This document shows positions 9,499 through 19,437 of a stretch of DNA of 64,000 nucleotides, piece after piece (within the stretch, counting starts at the first letter, position 1; each line of letters begins with the position of its first letter). Where the stretch lies: positions 9,935-73,934 of IMG/VR virus record IMGVR_UViG_3300009085_000027. One strand, given 5' to 3'. Source of the stretch: a virus. A program made the position numbers and the translations under genes. A model generated the notes under the pieces. The model saw only the letters and a program-made list of their open reading frames with translations. It searched no databases and was not told the DNA's origin.

Positions 9499-10445
9499 GG
9501 TGCCTCGACACGGCGGCGACCGCCGAGAAGACGGTTGGCTCCGTGCTCAAAAGCCATGGACGACGCTATTTGTGGGATCACGGGTAGGCCGCTGGTGAGG
9601 GCACCCGCAGTAACACCGCTTCCCAGACCCACGAGCTTCTGCCTCATGCTGCGCCCGCCAGTAGCGGACTCGTCCCCACGGGCCAGGTCAGGGACTGACA
9701 TAGCCACAGGAAGGCCGACGCCCAGCATAGCCCCGGTGCGTCCACCACTCATGATCTCACTACCCATGGCGCGTAGAGTACGCCCTGGAGCCGTGGTGAG
9801 TCCACGGGCAACGCCAGGGACGCTCGTGATTCCGGCGGCGAGTGCAGCGTCGCCGTGCTGACCCGCAGACCTAGCGCTTGCGATCTGAGCCTCCAGGCTA
9901 CTAGCTGCCGCTGGTGTCATGGTTTTGCTGGCCGCACGACGGCGAAGGAGGTCGATCTCCTTTTCAGCCGTAGCGGAGCTGCGCAACCCGATGTCTCCGG
10001 CACGGTCTGCATAAGCCCCGGTGAGTCCGTGAAGCTGCCGGGCACCAAAGTTCTTCACACTCCGGCCAATACTCTTGGCCGTAGCGCCTATGGCCTGCCC
10101 ACCACTGAGGCTGGGATCTAGGAGTCGAGTGTCTTGATACCGTCTGCCCAGAAGACCGGCGCCTCCGCCGATAGCAGCCCCCCGAAGACCACCGCGAAGA
10201 GCCGCAGAGCTACCACTCTCACCTTCACCTCTCGTGGCGTAGCCATGAGCGGCGCCGACACCAGCGCCGAGTAAGGCAGTCCTGGTCGGGGATTCCGCTA
10301 TGCTACGACCCAGGTTGCGGCCCAGGCCCATGAGACTCCCCGTAATGGGTGCTTGTCTAACCCCTTGGAGGGCACGGGACAGCACCCCAGTAGCCGCAGA
10401 CTCCTTGATGATCTGACCCGCCACACGAAGGCTTGCTGTATCCAT
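9495..10445 (-). CDS. Gly/Ala-rich putative internal virion protein
   Basis: Glycine-zipper-like hydrophobic segments; coupled to the portal gene. Confidence 0.7.
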   Translation of the reverse strand: MDTASLRVAGQIIKESAATGVLSRALQGVRQAPITGSLMGLGRNLGRSIAESPTRTALLGAGVGAAHGYATRGEGESGSSAALRGGLRGAAIGGGAGLLGRRYQDTRLLDPSLSGGQAIGATAKSIGRSVKNFGARQLHGLTGAYADRAGDIGLRSSATAEKEIDLLRRRAASKTMTPAAASSLEAQIASARSAGQHGDAALAAGITSVPGVARGLTTAPGRTLRAMGSEIMSGGRTGAMLGVGLPVAMSVPDLARGDESATGGRSMRQKLVGLGSGVTAGALTSGLPVIPQIASSMAFEHGANRLLGGRRRVEAP

Positions 10446-11362
10446 TAGCGCCCACCGATCATCCTGAGCTGCTGAACCAGTCTTGCCCGGATATCACGAG
10501 CATAATCCCACTCAATCAACAGATTGTACACCGCATTTCCCGCCGTGGTGTCGGGAAGACCGTCAAGGGCTTGGGCCAACGGCTTCTTCACCACGGATTT
10601 CCACAACCCCTCGGTCTCATCGCGCAAGGCACTGAACTCGTAGGGCAGGCGCTTCAAGTCCTTGGAGCCGCAGGTGATGCACTTGACGTCGTTGTCATCG
10701 CGGTGGACGGCGTGGCACGACGCACACTCAATCTGATTGCCCTCGAGCTCGCGCCTCGCGAACTCCAATGGCTCAGGGACGAAGGCGTAGCCCTCGGTGC
10801 GGAACACAGCGGCTACGAACTTGTCGACATCGAGGCCTGTGGTCCGCTTAGGATCAACGGCCTTCATGATGTTCACACCGCTGACGAGATGGCCGATCTC
10901 GGGCTTCTCGAAATACGTGAAGTTCGGGGGCATCCCACTCAGGGCTCTGCACACCCAGTGGAATACCTCCCACCGCCGCCATGGAGATGGCGACTGCAGA
11001 AGGGTGCGAGTGGCCAGGATCTTGGTCCACGACGCATTGGATACCACTAGGCCGTCGCGCTGCAGGGTGAGCTTCAGTACATCGGGGTGCCATTCCGTGT
11101 AGGGCTCGCCGTAGCGGTCGAGGAGAAGGAGGCCAAGAACCAGTGGATGTGCGTCGGGGTGCCTCCAGATGTTGGAGGCGTTCAGCGAACCCTGCTCGAC
11201 TCCTGCGGTCTTGACGTCGCCATCCAGGGTAGACGTGATGGCCGAGACAAGACCATGGACAGACACTTCCGGAGACTCCACGGGTTCAGCGTGGGTCTCC
11301 GGTTCGTGGTCCGCAGATCTCTGGCCCTGTGGCCAGGACCTGTACTGAGAGGGGTCAAGCAA
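10445..11362 (-). CDS. hypothetical head-module protein with CxxC...CxxC
   Basis: CASCH...CITCG; operon position. Confidence 0.75.
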   Translation of the reverse strand: MLDPSQYRSWPQGQRSADHEPETHAEPVESPEVSVHGLVSAITSTLDGDVKTAGVEQGSLNASNIWRHPDAHPLVLGLLLLDRYGEPYTEWHPDVLKLTLQRDGLVVSNASWTKILATRTLLQSPSPWRRWEVFHWVCRALSGMPPNFTYFEKPEIGHLVSGVNIMKAVDPKRTTGLDVDKFVAAVFRTEGYAFVPEPLEFARRELEGNQIECASCHAVHRDDNDVKCITCGSKDLKRLPYEFSALRDETEGLWKSVVKKPLAQALDGLPDTTAGNAVYNLLIEWDYARDIRARLVQQLRMIGGR

Positions 11363-11375
11363 GGTCTTATCCGGC

Positions 11376-12431
11376 TCACTCCGCGATGTAGACCAGGATG
11401 TAGGACCTCACCCCATCCGGAGCTGTGTTCGGGGTGTAGCTGCCGTTGGGCAACGCCGAGGCCGCATCCGCCACCGTGCCAGCCGTGGGCACAGTCCACG
11501 CCGTATCGTCGTCGGCACGGGAGAGTTCGCGGATTGCTACCGCAGCAATCGCGCCGTCCTCCTTGAGCTTGGGCAGACCCACGCTGGCCGTGATGTACCC
11601 GACAGTGGCGGTTCCACCGGCGCTGCTCATCGCAGGCTGCTGGATCCGTGTCACGCGCTTGAAGAACTTGGAGCCGTTCACCGTGGCCCCGCTGCTCACA
11701 GCGAAGGTCTCGGAGATGTCCGCATCGTTCTCGTCAACACCACTGATCGTGAGGTTGCCACCAGACCAGCTGGCGTGAACCGCGAACACAACGGTCATGG
11801 CCCGAGCCACCGACATCTCGCGGTTACCCACGCGGTCTCGGTTGAACTCGGAATCGACGTTGAGGTCCACAGCCGAGGTCGCAGCGACCAAGCTCGCGAT
11901 CGAAGCGGCATCCGCGGCCACACCAACAGCGACAGTGGCATCCACACCGCCCTGAGCGGGGAACGCCACTGAGGTGACCTCGCTGAAGTAGAGCGTGCCG
12001 GTGGTAGTTCCGGCGCCGGCGCCGCACGTGACGGTTTCGGTCTGGGCCGCACCACCAGCGTCCTCTCCAACCACCACCACGGCTCCGCCGGTGAAATGGG
12101 CGGGGGTGGTGCCAGCCGCGGTGATGGTCACACGCTTCGGTGACCGGATCAGGGCGGGTCCCGTGCTGGGAGCCAGCGCACCGGTCAGGGTAGCGCCGGT
12201 GAACGTCACTGGGGACGCTGCCGTCGCAGTGGCGACGACAATGCCATCGGCGTCGATAGCGGTCGTAGGCACCGCCCCGGTCTTGAAGGCATACGGCGCG
12301 ACAGCCTCCATAGCCTCGAACCCATGATCCACGTCCTGGCGAAGATCATAGATCTCACCGGACAGACCACCACCCGGCCTGACAAGATGCTGAAGAACCG
12401 CCTTCGCGCTTCCAAATGCCTTAGAACTCAT
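11376..12431 (-). CDS. virion structural protein with two tandem beta-rich repeats (decoration-like)
   Basis: Repeats VVVGEDAGGAAQTETV...LYFSEVTSV and TISGVDENDADISETF...KFFKRVTRI; GAGGAG RBS. Confidence 0.75.
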   Translation of the reverse strand: MSSKAFGSAKAVLQHLVRPGGGLSGEIYDLRQDVDHGFEAMEAVAPYAFKTGAVPTTAIDADGIVVATATAASPVTFTGATLTGALAPSTGPALIRSPKRVTITAAGTTPAHFTGGAVVVVGEDAGGAAQTETVTCGAGAGTTTGTLYFSEVTSVAFPAQGGVDATVAVGVAADAASIASLVAATSAVDLNVDSEFNRDRVGNREMSVARAMTVVFAVHASWSGGNLTISGVDENDADISETFAVSSGATVNGSKFFKRVTRIQQPAMSSAGGTATVGYITASVGLPKLKEDGAIAAVAIRELSRADDDTAWTVPTAGTVADAASALPNGSYTPNTAPDGVRSYILVYIAE

Positions 12432-12458
12432 GTGTCTTTCTCCTCAGTTTCGGTTGAC

Positions 12459-14021
12459 TTACACCACAGATGCCGCGAGACGGGACAGTACCACTTTTTG
12501 GGGGTCCGGCATGGACTTGAAGATCCCCACGGGGTCATTTTGGAATGACGTGGCGAACCCCTTGCCGAAAGTTTCGTCGAGCTTGGTGTAGCCATTCTCG
12601 GCGAGACTCTTGAGTTGTAGACCACTGACGTAGTCCGACCCCGAAGACCAGGAATAGGTTTCGTCCTTCTCGGACTTGGACATTGCAGACGCCAACTTAC
12701 GCGATCCGTACACCGCGCGATAGGGGTCAAGGAAACCCACAGAGGGTCGACCGTAGCTGGAATCCGCCCCGGTGTCTGCATCTGCGGACTTCAACATCTC
12801 CACCATGACGATCGCTGGAGTCCTGTGGAGCTCTTCGAGGAGGACGGTGTAGGACGCCTCCTTCTCCGTGCCCTCAAAGGATCGAATCCTGGCGATGAGC
12901 TCGGCCTCGATGAATGGGCCATAGTCGTCCCCGGCGTAGTCCAGTGCAGACCCGCTGACCTTGAGCCCAAAGTCATCAGCGCGCCGAACTAGGCTCTGGG
13001 CGAAGGCCCGGCGGTCGTCGAGATCGAATCCGTTGACATGCTCGTTGAAGTAGGCCTCGGCGATCTTGACCTGGTCAGGAGTGTCCAAGGCATAGCGGCT
13101 CTGTTGGGGCAGAGCGAACCGGGTAGCAGTGGCCACCTTCCGGATACTCGTGGGGCTGTCTTCCATAGTCAGGTCCTCAGAAGATAGCCAACCCTCCTCG
13201 ATGAGGCTGTACGCCAGCTTGGCGGCTGAGGTCTTCGCCGGAATGGCGATCCGGTTGTTGGGCGACGGCTTGGGGTTATGCCCTTGGATGTTCCCGCTGG
13301 TCGGCATCACCTCGGTGCCGTTGAGGTCGGCACGCTTCGACCCTGGCATGCCGTACCTGGGGTCTGGCTGGTCCTTCTTCGTCAGCGCCTTGTCGATGTT
13401 TCTGCGCGTCTTGCCGGGCTCAGAGAAGTCGGAGAGTGGTCCAAAGATGTGACCCGCGTCGGGGCCCTCACCGCGCTGCAGTGCGGCATCCTGGTCCGGG
13501 CTCAGCCGGATCTCACGACCACCGACCTTGGCACCCGATGCCTGGGCCTCACGTAGGGCGTCCATGTTCTTGCGCGCACTGGCCGACCCCGAGCGGGCCT
13601 TGTCCGCCATGTCCATGGCCCCGAAACCGACAGTGGCAGCACCCATCACGCGGCCTAGAACAGCTCGCTTCACCAGGGGCTCCGGGGGATCCAAGTCGTA
13701 CCAGGCACAGGCGTTGATCAGGTTGGCGGCCACCTTCTCCTGGGTCTTCTGTGGCAGAAGTCCGCCGCACTCCAGGAAATAGATGATCGATGTCGTGAGG
13801 TGGGACTCATCGTGCATTGCGTACTTCCGCAAGATCTCGCCGTGGTTCTCTGCGACAAGGGCAAACAGCCTGTCTGGGATACGGTCGAGGTCCTCGACAT
13901 CCAGGAGCTGAGAGGACGCCAGCTTCGGCGGGATCCCAATCCCGGTGGCGGCTACCTTCTGCCTCAAGACGACGCCCTTGGGGTCGTCGTAGATGTCGAG
14001 CACGATTCCGGCGATACGCAT
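12459..14021 (-). CDS. hypothetical head-associated protein, K-x-A rich (520 aa)
   Basis: Long ORF leading the head operon; about 11 K-x-A motifs. Confidence 0.8.
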   Translation of the reverse strand: MRIAGIVLDIYDDPKGVVLRQKVAATGIGIPPKLASSQLLDVEDLDRIPDRLFALVAENHGEILRKYAMHDESHLTTSIIYFLECGGLLPQKTQEKVAANLINACAWYDLDPPEPLVKRAVLGRVMGAATVGFGAMDMADKARSGSASARKNMDALREAQASGAKVGGREIRLSPDQDAALQRGEGPDAGHIFGPLSDFSEPGKTRRNIDKALTKKDQPDPRYGMPGSKRADLNGTEVMPTSGNIQGHNPKPSPNNRIAIPAKTSAAKLAYSLIEEGWLSSEDLTMEDSPTSIRKVATATRFALPQQSRYALDTPDQVKIAEAYFNEHVNGFDLDDRRAFAQSLVRRADDFGLKVSGSALDYAGDDYGPFIEAELIARIRSFEGTEKEASYTVLLEELHRTPAIVMVEMLKSADADTGADSSYGRPSVGFLDPYRAVYGSRKLASAMSKSEKDETYSWSSGSDYVSGLQLKSLAENGYTKLDETFGKGFATSFQNDPVGIFKSMPDPQKVVLSRLAASVV

Positions 14022-14028
14022 GACTCAA

Positions 14029-14034
14029 ATCGTA
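14029..14034 (-). promoter_or_regulatory. putative -10 box TACGAT, 7 nt before ATG 14021
   Basis: Leaderless geometry, no SD. Confidence 0.5.
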
Positions 14035-14063
14035 CTTCGCTGTGGGGAGTTGGGTCAAACCTA

Positions 14064-14080
14064 CTATCAGTGTGTGGAGG
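14064..14080 (+). promoter_or_regulatory. CTATCAG-N5-GGAGG upstream motif of the replication operon
   Basis: Second copy of the motif. Confidence 0.5.
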
Positions 14081-14087
14081 ACATTGA

Positions 14088-14705
14088 ATGCTCACGGATG
14101 CGCGCAGTCTGGTTCGAGGACAGCAAAAGGATAGCCCAATCCAGGGCAAACAAAAAAACTGCAACACATGGGGGGAATACGAACCCGCCGGGACCTCCCC
14201 CACGGCAAAGCTCTGTAACGGTGGTAGCTTCGAGGGGGAGTTCTTCGAACCCTGCCCGGCTCGAGAAGAGTGTCGGTCCAGGACCCGACAAAGGGCGGCG
14301 TCCCAGGACCGAGTTGAGGTCAGGACTTCTCAGGAGAGACCTTTCGGGTCAAGTCTGTTGTACCCAGGTGATCAACCCCTCACCCGGCGGGAGGAACCAT
14401 ACCGGTGGAGTCCCGATAGGGTTCCTACGTCAGCCCCAACCCGCCCGATCCCTGCTGTCCAGCCCATCTCTCTCCAGCCCACTGCTGTAATCCCACCAGA
14501 CACCAACCCAGTCGCCATGCAGACGCCCTATGCGTCCCCTATGGCAGCAAACCCGGCTGGGAACGTGTCCCCCACTTTCTTGCCCGTAGCGGACGAGAAT
14601 GTTTGGTCCCGCCTGGGACGAAACATCACCCAGGGCTGGCTGAACTCCACGGGCTGGCATGCGTTTGACTTCACCCGGAACGTCGACCTATTTAGGCGGC
14701 GATGA
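14088..14705 (+). CDS. hypothetical protein, 4-Cys cluster and Pro-rich linker
   Basis: GGAGG RBS; ATGA overlap with the helicase. Confidence 0.75.
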   Translation: MLTDARSLVRGQQKDSPIQGKQKNCNTWGEYEPAGTSPTAKLCNGGSFEGEFFEPCPAREECRSRTRQRAASQDRVEVRTSQERPFGSSLLYPGDQPLTRREEPYRWSPDRVPTSAPTRPIPAVQPISLQPTAVIPPDTNPVAMQTPYASPMAANPAGNVSPTFLPVADENVWSRLGRNITQGWLNSTGWHAFDFTRNVDLFRRR

Positions 14706-16117
14706 AACTCATTAGACGTGATCCCACAGCTGGGTACTTAGACTCCTGGCTGTGGCTCCCTAAGATGCACGTCAGCGACACCCAGGTACGATCAGCATTC
14801 AACTACTTCGACCCCAGGTCCAATCAAGTTATTGAGGCCTGGGGCGAAGAGCCCCACCACTACCGGGTGCCGCGTAACTACCTGGGCAGCGACACACTGG
14901 GAACACTTCCATTCCCGATCTACGACACCAGGCCGAAGACCTTTCCTTCGGTGAAGTTCACCAGTCAGGTGGTCCTGGACGCCAAGGAGCCGTCCAAGAA
15001 CTACCAGGCTGAGGGCAGTGCTGCGCTACTCAACACCTACGATGGCATCCTTTGCCTACGCTGCGGCGCTGGGAAGACCGCAGTAGCCCTTCACAGTGCG
15101 GCCCAGCTTGGTGTCCCGATCCTCGTAGTGGTCTCTGACAAAGGCCTGGCTCAACAGTGGATGGAGGAGATCGAGAAGCACCTGGGTGTCCCCAAAGACA
15201 AGATCGGTAGAATCGGTGGGGACGGATCTCTGTTCGACTGGGAACACCCAATCACAGTTGGGTTGGTCCAAACACTCGCCAAGCGCGTGGCTGACAACAA
15301 GCTGCCCTCCAAGATGCCACACCACTTCGGGGTGGTGATATTCGACGAGGCTCACACCATGGGCGCCCCGTACTTCAACACCTCGGCTCCTCCGTTCCAC
15401 GGCAGGCGCTGGGGGCTCTCGGCGACCCCAGCCCGGGAAGACGGGTTCGACACACTACTACGCCATACCTTGGGCCCAGTGATCTACAGCTATCTGCAGC
15501 CAGATCTCAAGCCCACTGTGTTTTTTCGCCAGTTGCCAACTCGACTCGACCTGTCCAACCCCGTGGTCAAGAAAGCCACACACGACATGGGCGGTGCCTT
15601 CCACTTCGGCATGACCTTTGGCCACTTGGCCAGAGGAGTTCCGGAGCGGACGAAGCTCATAGCGAAAGAGATCGAGGGTGCTTTGTCGACGGGCAGGCAG
15701 GTCCTAGTCCTGACGCACAGCCTTGAGATGACTGAAGCCTTGGGGGCTCATTTCCCCAAGGCCGGGGTGGTCCACGGCAAGGTTCGCGAAGCCGAACGGT
15801 TTCGTCGTATCAGAGAGTGCAACCCAGTCATCGCCATCATGCAGCTGGGCAAGCAGGCGTTGGACAAGCCCAGCCTCGACACCTTGTTCATCTGTGATCC
15901 TTTCACGAAGCGAGGGGTTCTGCAGCAGACCATGGGACGGATCCTTCGTAACTTCGCGGGGAAGAAAAAACCAGTTGTGGTTTTCTTCGAGGACATCCAT
16001 ATCAAGCCGCTATCCAAGATGTGCGGGAAGCTACGTTTCAGGCTCAACCGCTGGCCTGACCACAAGGGTGGAGCCATCCCGTACAAGATCATCACGCCAC
16101 GAAAAGAGGAACCATGA
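14702..16117 (+). CDS. superfamily 2 DEAH helicase (UvsW/ResIII-like)
   Basis: CGAGKT, FDEAH, GLSATP, QQTMGRILR. Confidence 0.92.
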   Translation: MKLIRRDPTAGYLDSWLWLPKMHVSDTQVRSAFNYFDPRSNQVIEAWGEEPHHYRVPRNYLGSDTLGTLPFPIYDTRPKTFPSVKFTSQVVLDAKEPSKNYQAEGSAALLNTYDGILCLRCGAGKTAVALHSAAQLGVPILVVVSDKGLAQQWMEEIEKHLGVPKDKIGRIGGDGSLFDWEHPITVGLVQTLAKRVADNKLPSKMPHHFGVVIFDEAHTMGAPYFNTSAPPFHGRRWGLSATPAREDGFDTLLRHTLGPVIYSYLQPDLKPTVFFRQLPTRLDLSNPVVKKATHDMGGAFHFGMTFGHLARGVPERTKLIAKEIEGALSTGRQVLVLTHSLEMTEALGAHFPKAGVVHGKVREAERFRRIRECNPVIAIMQLGKQALDKPSLDTLFICDPFTKRGVLQQTMGRILRNFAGKKKPVVVFFEDIHIKPLSKMCGKLRFRLNRWPDHKGGAIPYKIITPRKEEP

Positions 16118-16554
16118 AGATCACCGAGCTGAACGTCACTGTTGACCACGAAACACCGTCCTCGACATGGATGGACCGTCTTGTCCTGGTGTCTACGCTA
16201 CCGTCCCGTCTTGTCGGTTTGGTGGAGGGGGGTGTGAACCACTCCAACGGCTTCATGATGTACGCAGTCACTCTGTACCTCTGCAACCTCCAGGCACAGA
16301 TCGACCAGAAGACCGGAGCAACGCGCCTCACCGCGATGCCACATGGTTTGGCGCCCTACGACGGTGCCTGGATCCTTCCGCGCATCTGGGTGGCTCGGTG
16401 TGAGAACGTCGTTCACATCCGAGATCTCCCGGAGAAGGACCAGGAATGGTTCCGGTCCCAGTACGTCAGCGTCGTTGCCGGCCCCTCCATGATCGTGCCG
16501 GCCACTGAGGTCACCACCCCATCTGGACTCCAGTTGGTGCCCAGCAGTCGTTAG
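16114..16554 (+). CDS. hypothetical protein
   Basis: GAGGA RBS, ATGA overlap. Confidence 0.7.
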   Translation: MKITELNVTVDHETPSSTWMDRLVLVSTLPSRLVGLVEGGVNHSNGFMMYAVTLYLCNLQAQIDQKTGATRLTAMPHGLAPYDGAWILPRIWVARCENVVHIRDLPEKDQEWFRSQYVSVVAGPSMIVPATEVTTPSGLQLVPSSR

Positions 16555-16555
16555 T

Positions 16556-17239
16556 ATGGACCACCGCAAAGAACTGCGGGTCATCAAAGAGAACTGGAAT
16601 GGCTGCTCACGTTGTGGACTCTACGAGTTCCGCAGCGTGAGCTGTCCTGTTGTCGGTGTAGGAACCGCCGACGCAGACTACCTGTTCGTCTTAGAGGCCC
16701 CGACGAAGCAAGACATGAAGGCTGGGAAGCCGCTCAGCGGAGAAGACGGCGACGTCTTCCGCCGACTTCTCGAAGGCAGTGAGATCCCCATGAAGTCTGT
16801 CTACACCACCACAGTGGTGGGGTGTCAGCCCTTCGTGGTTCTCCCCGCCACTGAAGACGCACCGGCTCGTTCACAAGACCGGCTACCCAACGCTGAAGAG
16901 GTAGACGCCTGCAAAGAACGAATCCGACAAATCATCTACGCCGTGGACCCCAGGGTCATCATCGCTATGGGCAACAACGCCTGGAAGTCCTTGGTGCCTA
17001 CCAAGGGTCGTGGGCGAATCAACACAGTAGCCGAAGCCGCGGGCAACATGTACGAGACCGAGATCCCCGGCCGGTTTCCTGGCGGTAGGATGCTCCGATA
17101 CCCCGTACTGGCGACACTCAGCTTGGAGCAAGTGATGTCCAACCCCAGCGTTGCTGAGCACGCCCCGATCACCTCCACCATGGAGGCGTTACTACGACTA
17201 CACAAATACACAACCTGGTTGAAGAAAGCAGAAGCATGA
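16556..17239 (+). CDS. family-4 uracil-DNA glycosylase-like protein, degenerate active site
   Basis: CSRCGL, EAP...GKPLSGEDG, VVGCQP, EEVDAC, DPRVIIAMGNNA. Confidence 0.85.
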   Translation: MDHRKELRVIKENWNGCSRCGLYEFRSVSCPVVGVGTADADYLFVLEAPTKQDMKAGKPLSGEDGDVFRRLLEGSEIPMKSVYTTTVVGCQPFVVLPATEDAPARSQDRLPNAEEVDACKERIRQIIYAVDPRVIIAMGNNAWKSLVPTKGRGRINTVAEAAGNMYETEIPGRFPGGRMLRYPVLATLSLEQVMSNPSVAEHAPITSTMEALLRLHKYTTWLKKAEA

Positions 17240-17646
17240 GTCGCGCCATCCCCCTTGCAGCACAAGCCGCCCTGTCCAAGTTCGAGTCAGCACGAGAGAC
17301 TCTGAACTCGTACTCCCAGCGCAACGCAAAGATCATCAGAGACTACGATATGCTGAGACAGGCCCACAACGAGGCCTTGAAGCATATGAAGAGCGTCTAC
17401 AAGGAGCACTACAACCTCATCGGTGAGAGCTTCGGAGACTTCAGGGCTCAGCCCAGGAGGGAGCTCGACGTCGACAAACTCATGATGCTGCTTGGCACAG
17501 CAGCCGACGCCGTGACGAAGGTTGACTACAAGATCGATCGTGAGGCGTACAACACGGCCGTGAAGTCTGGTCTGATCCCAGCCAGCGTTGTGCAAGCCGT
17601 TGAGATCGAGGCCCAGCCAGCCATCTATGGCCCGAAAGAGGTGTGA
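17236..17646 (+). CDS. hypothetical protein
   Basis: Coupled ORF in the operon. Confidence 0.7.
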   Translation: MSRAIPLAAQAALSKFESARETLNSYSQRNAKIIRDYDMLRQAHNEALKHMKSVYKEHYNLIGESFGDFRAQPRRELDVDKLMMLLGTAADAVTKVDYKIDREAYNTAVKSGLIPASVVQAVEIEAQPAIYGPKEV

Positions 17647-18029
17647 TGCCTGCGTACCTAGAGCGTCGTACTTTTGTGACGGTCCGGGACAGGGATGGCG
17701 AGGAAATCAAATACATCGGAGACGTAATGGCATCGCATACGAAGACGGAAGTCAAAACAGGCGATCTCTACGCCGAGGTCTACGGGAACGGGGCCGCCCG
17801 AGTATCCGTGGGTCTCGGAGAGAAGATCGGTGGGCCTTATGGCTACAGCAGTGTAGACGTCAGAGTCAATGTGACACTGACATGCAACCAGGATGAGGAG
17901 ACCCTGACTCGAGCAGCGCATCTGGCGTTTCGGGAGTGCGTCAGCGTCACCGATGACATCATCGACAAGTCTATGACCATGTTGAAGCACCACTTAGAGC
18001 GCAACTACGAGGACGGCCGTGCCAGGTGA
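17646..18029 (+). CDS. hypothetical protein
   Basis: TGATG overlap, GAGG RBS. Confidence 0.7.
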   Translation: MPAYLERRTFVTVRDRDGEEIKYIGDVMASHTKTEVKTGDLYAEVYGNGAARVSVGLGEKIGGPYGYSSVDVRVNVTLTCNQDEETLTRAAHLAFRECVSVTDDIIDKSMTMLKHHLERNYEDGRAR

Positions 18030-18363
18030 GAACACTGGCTTCCGTGGCAGTGTCGTCAATGTTTCAGAGGTGATCGTCCAAGGCGACTCCGTGAACGGGG
18101 CCCGGGTGATTTTCCGGGTTCTGTTCACGGACACCGAGGGTGTGGTTCATGCCACCACCAAGCACGAGATCGATCCGATGGCTCATGGCTCTGACCTACA
18201 AGAGGCTGTGTCCGCACTGGTGAAGGCGGTCACGCGATGGGCAGAGACAGCGCATTTCTCCGCACCCATACTAGAATCCACAAAGAAAGAGATGATCCTT
18301 GGACTCGCAGAAAGTCTCGAAGATGCGACTGGCCCCGCTGGAGGTTCTATCCCGCAAGGTTGA
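18019..18363 (+). CDS. hypothetical protein
   Basis: GAGGA RBS, GTG start. Confidence 0.65.
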   Translation: MPGENTGFRGSVVNVSEVIVQGDSVNGARVIFRVLFTDTEGVVHATTKHEIDPMAHGSDLQEAVSALVKAVTRWAETAHFSAPILESTKKEMILGLAESLEDATGPAGGSIPQG

Positions 18364-19372
18364 GGACTTTGCCGCTCTGTGTAAGCCCGACTTCATCTAC
18401 GAAGATGGCTGTGCACAGGGAATGGTCTTTGCTGAAGTAGATCTCAGCAGCGTCGCTGGAGACAACGAACCAAAGACCGTAGGACTGGTGATCGAGAACC
18501 CAGACCCAACACCCCATGTGTTCACCCGGTGGAGTCGAACCCAGGTGCTCTCACACATGGGTGTGAGGGAGAAGTGGTTCCGCATCACCAGCGGACTCGA
18601 CGAGGTGCAGGAACTGAACCGCCGGCTACCCACGATGCAGAACCACATGGTCAGGACGATGGAGTCTTTCGATGACCCCGGACTCCGACTGATCCGTGGT
18701 TTCGTCTCCCGGAGATACGCCGACATCCCTGACACCGAAATCATGCGAGCTCTGACAGGGCTCATGCCGGAGGGCAGCTACCTGAAGCAGTACTCCGGAA
18801 AAACAGATCGGGCCCTCTACGTCTACGCCCTCACCCCAGGAGAACCTGTCGAGATCCCAGGCACTCAACTCAAGGGCCGTCCCGGGGTGGTAATCAAGAA
18901 CAGTGAGGTCGGGTTCACATCACTCTGGGTGATACCGATCTTGTTCATCTCCGATGACCGAGATCCCCATGGCTGGATCCCATTGGTCCTGGAGAAACAA
19001 GTGGCCTTGCGCCGCGTTCATCGCGGAAGTGTCGATGACCTAGCCTCCGACTTCAAAGGGGCCCTGGGCAAGGCTGCAGGTGTCTGGGGGTCTCTGGAGG
19101 ACAAGCTCCAGGGCCTAGCCAACATCCACTACCCTGACATCGACACCGCAGTTCTCAAAATGACCGAGGCATTGGATAAGTCAGGGGCAACCCGGGCTTT
19201 CGCCTTTCGCTGTGAGCAACACTACAGAGCCAACCCGGCCTCTATCCCAGATGGGGTGGGGGTCTTCAACTCTGTGCTTCACGTCGTAGGCGAGGAAACC
19301 AACCAGGACGACGCATACGTCAAGGCCGCAGTGGCCGGGGCTATGCTGTTCAGACTCCTGGGCCTGCGCTGA
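18323..19372 (+). CDS. DUF932-like phage protein
   Basis: RGFVSRRYADIPDTEI and GVVIKNSEVGFTSL resemble DUF932 motifs; start uncertain. Confidence 0.65.
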   Translation: MRLAPLEVLSRKVEDFAALCKPDFIYEDGCAQGMVFAEVDLSSVAGDNEPKTVGLVIENPDPTPHVFTRWSRTQVLSHMGVREKWFRITSGLDEVQELNRRLPTMQNHMVRTMESFDDPGLRLIRGFVSRRYADIPDTEIMRALTGLMPEGSYLKQYSGKTDRALYVYALTPGEPVEIPGTQLKGRPGVVIKNSEVGFTSLWVIPILFISDDRDPHGWIPLVLEKQVALRRVHRGSVDDLASDFKGALGKAAGVWGSLEDKLQGLANIHYPDIDTAVLKMTEALDKSGATRAFAFRCEQHYRANPASIPDGVGVFNSVLHVVGEETNQDDAYVKAAVAGAMLFRLLGLR

Positions 19373-19437
19373 CCCCACTCCAGGTGGGGAATGGCAACCA
19401 TCACCACACCATGTGGTGGGTGACGGTTGTCTCCATT
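19373..19437 (+). other. two adjacent stem-loops in the intergenic region upstream of dnaB
   Basis: CCCCAC/GTGGGG hairpin, then a ~48-nt imperfect palindrome AATGGCAACCATCACC...GGTGACGGTTGTCTCCATT. Confidence 0.5.
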
